This document shows positions 5,920 through 11,502 of a stretch of 11,502 nucleotides of DNA, in pieces. Origin of the DNA: Candidatus Methylomirabilia bacterium (GTDB taxonomy: Bacteria > Methylomirabilota > Methylomirabilia > Rokubacteriales > CSP1-6); assembly GCA_041492755.1 (NCBI GenBank), contig JBGPXN010000149.1:1-11502 (forward strand). The letters run 5' to 3'. The notes under the pieces were generated by a model. That model was not told the DNA's origin. It did no database searches and was given only the letters and a program-made list of their open reading frames with translations. The position numbers and the translations under genes were made by a program. Numbering within the stretch: the first letter of the stretch is position 1; each line of letters opens with the position of its first letter.

Positions 5920-7191
5920 TCAACGCGACACCGGCACTGGCTCGGCCTGCTCGCTCTTCGGCATGGTGCGCAGGCTCCGCACCGGCGACAGCAGCAACCA
6001 GACGAACGCGAGCAACAGGCCGAACGCCGCCACGACCAGGGTCAGCGGCACGCCGATCATGCTGCCGAGCGCGCCCCCGATCAACGAGCCGACGGGAAAC
6101 GCGCCGCGCGCCAGGAACCGCATCGTGGCGTGGATCCGGCCCTGCAACCGGTTGGTCGCGATGGCCTGCCGAACGCTCACCGCGTTCACGTAGTAGACGA
6201 CGATCGCCATCCACTGCGCGAACTCGGATCCGACCACCATCGGCAACGCCACGCGCGGCACGAGGACCGCGAGCGGCACCGCCAGGCCGGTCAGTCCGAA
6301 CAGGAGTATCGCGTACAGCATCACCGGTCCGGGGCCGTATCGGCGCGCGGCCCGCCCGGCGACGAGCGCGCCGGCCAGCGAGCCCACGCCTCCGGTGGCG
6401 AACACGAGACCCACGGCGACGGGACCGAGCCCGAGATCGTGCGTCATGTACAGCACGTACACGGACAGGAACATCGCGCTGAACAGGCTCGTGGTGGCCG
6501 AGCATCGCGCGAGCGCCTGGAGGATGGGATGGCGGACGACGACCTCCAGCCCTTCACGGATCTCCGCAAAGACGCTGGCGCGCCCGGCGGGCGATGCGGA
6601 TCGCGGCTCGGTCACGCGCGTACGAAGCAGGAACAACGCCGAGCCGAGGAACGAGAGCGCATCGATCAGCACCGCGAACGGCGCACCGAGCGCGCTGACC
6701 AGGACACCGCCAACCCCGGGGCCTGCGACTTGCGCCATCGACGAGGTCGTTTCGAGCTTGCTGTTCGCGTCCATCAGCGCGCGCCCCGGGACGAGCGACG
6801 GGACGAACGCGAGAAAGGCCACGTCGAACAGCACCGAGAAGGTGCCGGCGAGCAGCGTCACTGCGTACAGGATCCCGATGCTCAGGACGCCGAATGCGCT
6901 CGCGAGTGGGACGAGCAGCAGGAGCGCGGCCCGGGCGAGGTCGGCGACGATCATGACCGGCCGGCGTCGCAGCCGATCGACCCACACGCCCGCGAAGAGG
7001 CCGACGAGCAGGACCGGCGCCGAGCCGGCTGCGGAAAGCAGTCCCATCTGCCACGCCGTCGCGCCCAGCGTGAGCACCGCGATCAGCGGCAGGGCGAGGG
7101 CCGACACCTGCGAGCCCACGTCGGAGACGGCCGACGCGGCCCAGAATTTCAGAAACTCGGGATCCTGCGTCAGGCCACGTTGCGTTGGCAC
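5920..7191 (-). CDS. MFS transporter (DHA3 / EntS-MefA-like, MFS_3 type); start uncertain
   Basis: C-terminal part of ORF 5920..7908: about 12 hydrophobic segments, FLKFWAASAVSDVGSQVS, motif A GVWVDRLRRRPVM, and LQGRIHATMRF. Nearest in-frame GTG is at 7191, overlapping the upstream gene; CTG at 7173 is an alternative. Confidence 0.9.
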   Translation of the reverse strand: MPTQRGLTQDPEFLKFWAASAVSDVGSQVSALALPLIAVLTLGATAWQMGLLSAAGSAPVLLVGLFAGVWVDRLRRRPVMIVADLARAALLLLVPLASAFGVLSIGILYAVTLLAGTFSVLFDVAFLAFVPSLVPGRALMDANSKLETTSSMAQVAGPGVGGVLVSALGAPFAVLIDALSFLGSALFLLRTRVTEPRSASPAGRASVFAEIREGLEVVVRHPILQALARCSATTSLFSAMFLSVYVLYMTHDLGLGPVAVGLVFATGGVGSLAGALVAGRAARRYGPGPVMLYAILLFGLTGLAVPLAVLVPRVALPMVVGSEFAQWMAIVVYYVNAVSVRQAIATNRLQGRIHATMRFLARGAFPVGSLIGGALGSMIGVPLTLVVAAFGLLLAFVWLLLSPVRSLRTMPKSEQAEPVPVSR

Positions 7192-8897
7192 AGCACGTTG
7201 AGGATCGCGGGGCGGCCTTCCCGTACCGCGGCCAGCCCGCGCTTGAGCGCGGCGGCCAGCTCGCCCGGGTTCTCGACGCGCTCGCCGTGACCATCGACCG
7301 CTTTCGCCAGCTCCTCGAAGCGCGGCGAGGGCGTCAGCTCGCTCAGCGGGAAGCGGCCGCGCGACTTGGCGACGCCGTCGGGATGCACGTTGAGCGCGCC
7401 GAACTTCACCGCTTCCCACTGCTGGTTGTTGAAGATCACGGTGAGGATCGGCAGCGAGTGGGCGCGCTGGACGAACAGGCAGGACAGCGGCTCGCCGAAG
7501 AAGTACGCGCCGTCGCCAACCGTCGCAATGACGCTGGACTCCGGGCGCGCCAGCTTCACGCCGAGTGCTCCGCCCAGGCCGAAGCCGAGGCCGCTCGAGT
7601 GGGGTGACGCGAAGTAGCTGCCCGGCCGGTTGAACGCGGCGAAGCGCCGGTCGAGCGGGTACTCGTTCACGACCACGGTGCTCTCGTCGAGCAGATCGCT
7701 GATGCAGCGCGCCGCCCACGCAAAGCCGATCTTCGCCTTGCCCGCTTGCTGCAGCGCCATCTCCTCCCAGGCGGCCTGGCGCTTGTGGTGCTCGGCCGCG
7801 ACGCGCTCGGCACGACGGATGACGGCCTGGCCGTCGGCGTGACGCCGCACGGCCTCGGCCAGGAGCGGCAGGGCCGCGGCCGGGGTGGCGGCGATCGGCA
7901 CGTCGCACGGAAAGCTCCGCATGGGGTAGCGCGAGAAGAACGGATCGACGCCGAGGTGAATGATCTTCGCGCCCGGTGCCGGCTTCTGGAGCGCCGGGTA
8001 CCAGGGCACGTCCGCTTCGATCACGAGGATGGCGTCGGCCTCGGCCAGCGATGGGTTGGTGGTGCCGGACTGGTTGTAGCCGAGATGCAGGCGGTGCCCG
8101 TGCGGGAAGTTCGCGTAGATCGGGTCGGCCTCGACGACGGCGATGGCGCCCGCTTCGGCGAGCTCGATGAGGGCGGCAAAGGCCCGGTCATCCACGCCGG
8201 CGGCGGAGACCAGGATCAGCGGGTTCTGCGCGCTCGCGAGGATGCGCGCCGCCTCCTCGATGCGTGCCGGATCCGGGAACCGCTCGCTCTGTGATTGCCG
8301 CCGCGCCGGCGAGGTGATCGTCGTCGTGGCCGGGCGCGCGGCCAGGACTTCGCGCGGCAGCGTGAGGTACACCGGCCCGCGCGGCTCGGCGAGCATCAGC
8401 TCGACCGCCCGATCCACCACCGACTCGACCTGCACCGGCGTTCGCAGCTCGTAGTCCCACTTGACGTACTCGCGGAGCATCGCGGCCTGGTCGAAGCTCT
8501 CCTGCGCCCAGTGGATGTGCAGGTCGCGCGAGCCCGGCAGCCCTTCCTCGGTGATGGGCGTCCGCCCGGCCGACATCAGCACGGGGACGTTGGCCCGGGA
8601 CGCGGTGATGATCGCGGTCGACGCGTTCCCGGTGCCGACGTTGACGTGGACCATCACCGCCGCCGGTCGCCCGCTCGCCACGTAGTAGCCGTGGGCCATC
8701 GAGACGGCGACGAACTCGTGCGGGATCAAGAGTGGCCGGGGCGCGGAACGACCGTCCGCCTCGAACCGGGCGAACGCCTCCACCAGCGACGCGAAGTCGG
8801 TGCCGGCATTGCCGAGGAAGACATCGATGCCGCGGTCCTTCAGAAGCTGCAGGTAGGCCTCGGCCGTGGTGTCGGCGATCAGTGTGCGGGAGCCCAT
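7170..8897 (-). CDS. Thiamine diphosphate-dependent enzyme (acetolactate synthase-like / benzoylformate decarboxylase-like catabolic family)
   Basis: NAGTDFA, catalytic PHE, AHGY, VHVNVGTGN, EYVKWDYE, GPVYLTLPRE and the ThDP motif VGDGAYFFG...IFNNQQW. SD AGGAGA at 8909-8904. Confidence 0.93.
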   Translation of the reverse strand: MGSRTLIADTTAEAYLQLLKDRGIDVFLGNAGTDFASLVEAFARFEADGRSAPRPLLIPHEFVAVSMAHGYYVASGRPAAVMVHVNVGTGNASTAIITASRANVPVLMSAGRTPITEEGLPGSRDLHIHWAQESFDQAAMLREYVKWDYELRTPVQVESVVDRAVELMLAEPRGPVYLTLPREVLAARPATTTITSPARRQSQSERFPDPARIEEAARILASAQNPLILVSAAGVDDRAFAALIELAEAGAIAVVEADPIYANFPHGHRLHLGYNQSGTTNPSLAEADAILVIEADVPWYPALQKPAPGAKIIHLGVDPFFSRYPMRSFPCDVPIAATPAAALPLLAEAVRRHADGQAVIRRAERVAAEHHKRQAAWEEMALQQAGKAKIGFAWAARCISDLLDESTVVVNEYPLDRRFAAFNRPGSYFASPHSSGLGFGLGGALGVKLARPESSVIATVGDGAYFFGEPLSCLFVQRAHSLPILTVIFNNQQWEAVKFGALNVHPDGVAKSRGRFPLSELTPSPRFEELAKAVDGHGERVENPGELAAALKRGLAAVREGRPAILNVLCQRNVA

Positions 8898-8930
8898 GGG
8901 CTTTCTCCTGTCGCTACGTCAGAAGGTCCG

Positions 8931-8947
8931 TCGCGATGATATCGCGA
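8931..8947 (-). promoter_or_regulatory. Palindrome enclosing a putative -10 for the ThDP enzyme-MFS unit
   Basis: TCGCGAT-GAT-ATCGCGA. The minus strand reads TATCAT (8941-8936) at its centre, about 40 nt upstream of ATG 8897. Confidence 0.4.
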
Positions 8948-8984
8948 GCTGGCTGATCCACGCGGATCGATCCACGGCCGATCG

Positions 8985-9833
8985 CTACCGCAGCACGGCC
9001 TCCGCGATACGCGTGAGCTGCGCGGCCATCTCCGCCTCCGTCTTCACCGCCTCCGGGCGCACGACGACGCGGGTGGCGCCGGCGTCGTGGAGCCGCTTGA
9101 TCAGGTCGCGGTCCGCCGGCTGGCCGTAGACCGAAATGGTGATCTTCGCCTGGTCGCGGCCCGCATCCTTCGCGAGCCGATCCAGCGTGGCGCGACTCTC
9201 GCGCAGCTTCTCCGGCGTGACCCGATTCGGCAGCCAGCCATCGCCCCAGGCCACGACGCGCTGGAGCACGTTCGTCGCGCCGCCGCCGAGGAGCACGGGC
9301 GGATGTGGCTTCTGGGCCGGCTTCGGGTTGGATTTCACGAGCGGGAAGTCGTAGTACTTGCCGTGGAACTCGGCCTCGGGCTTCGTCCACAGCTCCTTCA
9401 TGGCCAGGATCGACTCCCGCGTCTGCGTCCAGCGGTGGTCGAAGTCGCCGCCCATGATCCGCGTCTCTTCCCGCAGCCACCCGGCGCCGATGCCGAGCAT
9501 GAAGCGCCCGCCGCTGAACAGATCGAGCGTCGACACCTCCTTGGCCAGCAGCAGGGGATGCCGCTCGGGCACGAGCACGATCCCGGTCGCGAGCTTGATG
9601 CGGCTCGTCGTGCCCGACGCCCGCGCCAGCGCGACGAACGGATCGACGAAGTGCGCGTAGGTCTCCGGTATCACGCCATCCGCCGCGCCCTGGTAGCGGC
9701 TCGTCGAGTGCACGGGCAGGAACGGATGCTCGGCGCACCAGAACGACTCGAAGCCGAGCTCTTCGGCCTTGCGCGCCATGGCGCCGGGGTCGACCCAGTA
9801 CGCGGGTAGGGGAACCGAAATGCCGATGTTCAT
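8985..9833 (-). CDS. Luciferase-like monooxygenase (LLM) family oxidoreductase, probable F420-dependent (Rv2161c-like)
   Basis: AEELGFESFWCAEH, DPFVALA, TSRIKLATG, LAKEVSTLDLFSGGR, GIGAGWLREE, PKPAQKPHPPVLLGG, GDGWLP. SD GGGAGG upstream. Confidence 0.93.
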   Translation of the reverse strand: MNIGISVPLPAYWVDPGAMARKAEELGFESFWCAEHPFLPVHSTSRYQGAADGVIPETYAHFVDPFVALARASGTTSRIKLATGIVLVPERHPLLLAKEVSTLDLFSGGRFMLGIGAGWLREETRIMGGDFDHRWTQTRESILAMKELWTKPEAEFHGKYYDFPLVKSNPKPAQKPHPPVLLGGGATNVLQRVVAWGDGWLPNRVTPEKLRESRATLDRLAKDAGRDQAKITISVYGQPADRDLIKRLHDAGATRVVVRPEAVKTEAEMAAQLTRIAEAVLR

Positions 9834-9911
9834 CAGTGATCCTCCCAGCTCTCGATGCGTTGCGTGTAGTTCTCGGACGATGATCTGAACATCGCCCCGG
9901 GGTTACGGCCG

Positions 9912-9959
9912 GCTCCGCTCCAGGCCTGGGCTCCAGGCTTCGCTCCTGACGCGCGCTCC
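9912..9959. repeat. Degenerate tandem array of five GCTCC (GGAGC on the minus strand) units
   Basis: GCTCC starts at 9912, 9917, 9930, 9942 and 9955; the last four are spaced 13, 12 and 13 nt. GCTCCAGGC is exact at 9917 and 9930. Confidence 0.55.
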
Positions 9960-9965
9960 GGTCCG

Positions 9966-9994
9966 GTGGTACCGTGGGCGCACGTGGGCGTCAA
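9966..9994 (-). promoter_or_regulatory. Putative sigma70-type promoter for the LLM gene
   Basis: Minus strand TTGACG (9994-9989), 17-nt spacer, TACCAC (9971-9966; weak -10). Confidence 0.35.
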
Positions 9995-10040
9995 GCGAAT
10001 CCATTGCCGGGCGGGAAGTCCCTTGGCGGAAGCTGGGCCA

Positions 10041-10070
10041 TTGACCTCCCGGCGTGGGCGTCGCTACGCT
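10041..10070 (+). promoter_or_regulatory. Putative sigma70-type promoter for the MDR-dioxygenase operon
   Basis: TTGACC (10041-10046), 18-nt spacer, TACGCT (10065-10070), then SD GGAGGT (10080-10085) and ATG 10091. Confidence 0.6.
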
Positions 10071-10090
10071 CCCGCCAGTGGAGGTGACTC

Positions 10091-11026
10091 ATGAGCGATA
10101 TTCGCGCCGTCGTCGTCGATCCCGAAGCGCCAGGCCGGCTCGTCATCCGGCCGGTTGCCGAGCCCGTCCCCGATCGTGGTGAAGCCGTGGTCCGCGTGCG
10201 TGCCCTCTCGCTGAATCGCGGCGAGGTCAGGCGCGCGAGCATGGCCCAGGCCGGCTGGCGTCCCGGCTGGGACCTGGCCGGCGAAGTCGCCCGCGCCGCC
10301 GCGGATGGCTCCGGGCCGCGCGTCGGAGCGCGCGTGGTCGGCCTCGTGCTCGAGGGCGCGTGGGCGGAGCGCGTTGCCGTGCCCACGCACGCGCTCGCCG
10401 AGCTGCCCGAGAAGGTGACGTTCTCGCAAGCCGCGACGTTGCCCGTGGCCGGGCTCACCGCGCTCCACGCGCTCACCAAGCGCGGGTTACTGCTCGGCCG
10501 CCGCGTGCTCATCACGGGCGCGACGGGCGGTGTCGGCGACTTCGCGGTCCAGCTCGCGCGTCTGTCCGGCGCGCACGTGACGGCCAGCGTTCGGCGCCAG
10601 GACCAGGTGCCGGCGGTCCGTCAGCTCGGCGCTCACGAGGTCGTCGTCGGCGACGAGATTCCGGCGTCGCCCAAGTACGACCTGATCGTGGAGTCCGTGG
10701 GCGGCCGGACCCTCGGCACCGCGCTGGCCGCGCTCCAGCGCGGCGGCGTCTGCGTCACGCTCGGTGTCTCTTCCAGCCCCGAGGTCACCTTCGACGCACG
10801 GGCCTTCTACGTCGCCGGCCGCTCGACGCTGTACGGCTTCTATCTCTTCACGGAGCTCGGCACCGAGCCCGCGTCCGTCGGCCTGCGTCGACTGGCCGAG
10901 CTGGTGGCGGCGGGCCAGATCGTGCCGCACATCAGCCTGGAGCGGCCGTGGAAGGACATCGGTCAGGTGGCCCAGGACCTGATCGATCGACGCTTCACCG
11001 GCAAGGCCGTGTTGACGGTGGACTGA
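10091..11026 (+). CDS. Medium-chain dehydrogenase/reductase, Zn-independent quinone-oxidoreductase-like NAD(P)H oxidoreductase
   Basis: VRVRALSLNRGE, PGWDLAGEV, GAWAERVAV, AATLPVAGLTA, nucleotide-binding VLITGATGGVG, and GKAVL. No catalytic or structural Zn cysteines. Confidence 0.93.
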   Translation: MSDIRAVVVDPEAPGRLVIRPVAEPVPDRGEAVVRVRALSLNRGEVRRASMAQAGWRPGWDLAGEVARAAADGSGPRVGARVVGLVLEGAWAERVAVPTHALAELPEKVTFSQAATLPVAGLTALHALTKRGLLLGRRVLITGATGGVGDFAVQLARLSGAHVTASVRRQDQVPAVRQLGAHEVVVGDEIPASPKYDLIVESVGGRTLGTALAALQRGGVCVTLGVSSSPEVTFDARAFYVAGRSTLYGFYLFTELGTEPASVGLRRLAELVAAGQIVPHISLERPWKDIGQVAQDLIDRRFTGKAVLTVD

Positions 11027-11041
11027 AAAGCGCTCCGAACC

Positions 11042-11502
11042 ATGAGGATCACCGTAACGTCGCTCACGCCGCACCTCGCCGCCGAGATCGGTGGCGTCGA
11101 CATCACCAAGCCCCTGGACGATGCGACGTGGGCCGAGATCCGCGCCGCCTTCGAAGAGCACTCCGTGCTCGTCTTCCACGATCAGCCGCTGGACGACGAG
11201 AGCCAGATCGCCTTCAGCCGCCGCTTCGGCAACCTCGAAGTGACTCGGTCCATCAATCCCGCGGCCGGCACGCCGTTCGCGCGCCAGTCCAACCTCGACA
11301 TCAAGACCGGCGAGCGCATCCCGCCTGACGACCGCCGCATGGTCTACCAGCTCGCCAACATGCTCTGGCACAGCGACAGCTCGTTCAAACCGGTCCCGTC
11401 GCTGTGCTCGCTGCTGTCTGCGCGTATCATCCCGCCGGAGGGCGGCGCCACCGAGTTCGCTAGCGGACGCGCCGCGTATCCGTCGCTGCCGGAGGAATTG
11501 AA
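11042..11502 (+). CDS. TauD/TfdA family Fe(II)/2-oxoglutarate dioxygenase (TfdA/SdpA-like); 3' end beyond the window
   Basis: Manual translation from ATG 11042 gives MRITVTSLTPHLAAEIGGVDI...VLVFHDQPL...QIAFSRRFG...SNLD...ANMLWHSDSSFKPVP...PPEGGATEFASGRAAY. It carries the HxD Fe ligands and the GGxTxF motif. Confidence 0.93.
   Translation, partial: MRITVTSLTPHLAAEIGGVDITKPLDDATWAEIRAAFEEHSVLVFHDQPLDDESQIAFSRRFGNLEVTRSINPAAGTPFARQSNLDIKTGERIPPDDRRMVYQLANMLWHSDSSFKPVPSLCSLLSARIIPPEGGATEFASGRAAYPSLPEEL

Noticed and set aside
4704..7290. Long alternative ORFs 4704..5885 (-), 5150..6193 (+), 5824..7290 (+) and 6395..7201 (+)
   Set aside because: Antisense or off-frame shadows of the ATPase and MFS genes, as expected from stop-codon scarcity in GC-rich DNA.
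7192..7908. N-terminal extension of the 662-aa ORF 5920..7908
   Set aside because: Off-frame overlap with the ThDP enzyme gene, low-complexity Arg/Pro/Ala. MFS similarity begins only near 7170.
9912..9959. Mini CRISPR array
   Set aside because: Repeat units are only 5-9 nt with 12-13-nt period, far too short, and no cas genes are present.
10091..11026. Zinc-dependent alcohol dehydrogenase call
   Set aside because: No GHE motif and no Zn-ligand cysteines; it fits the Zn-independent quinone-reductase-like MDR branch.

Overview
GC-rich bacterial chromosomal window, densely coding and dominated by accessory redox, sulfur and organic-acid metabolism. Left to right: a short-type MetE-like Zn-thiol methyltransferase (minus strand, runs off the left edge, absent from the ORF track) with a structured leader. 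Next, a degraded intergenic segment, then a divergent operon of a TusA-family protein (non-canonical CGD motif), a DsrE-family protein (CxxC) and a signal-peptide-less NMT1/THI5/SsuA-like binding-fold protein with no transporter beside it. Then a Zn-free msrB, a mandelate racemase-subgroup enolase-superfamily enzyme, and an AAA_14/DUF4143-type ATPase-wHTH-nuclease gene preceded by a perfect AT-rich 15-bp inverted repeat. A minus-strand run follows (LLM/F420-type oxidoreductase, ThDP-dependent enzyme, MFS transporter), then a divergent Zn-independent MDR oxidoreductase and a TauD/TfdA dioxygenase (runs off the right edge, absent from the ORF track). The best candidates for something undescribed are the TusA-DsrE-orphan binding-fold module, the palindrome plus ATPase-nuclease unit, and the switch-like leader of the MetE-like gene. 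I found no rRNA, intact tRNA, CRISPR array or transposase. All family calls come from motif recognition by eye; no searches were run.
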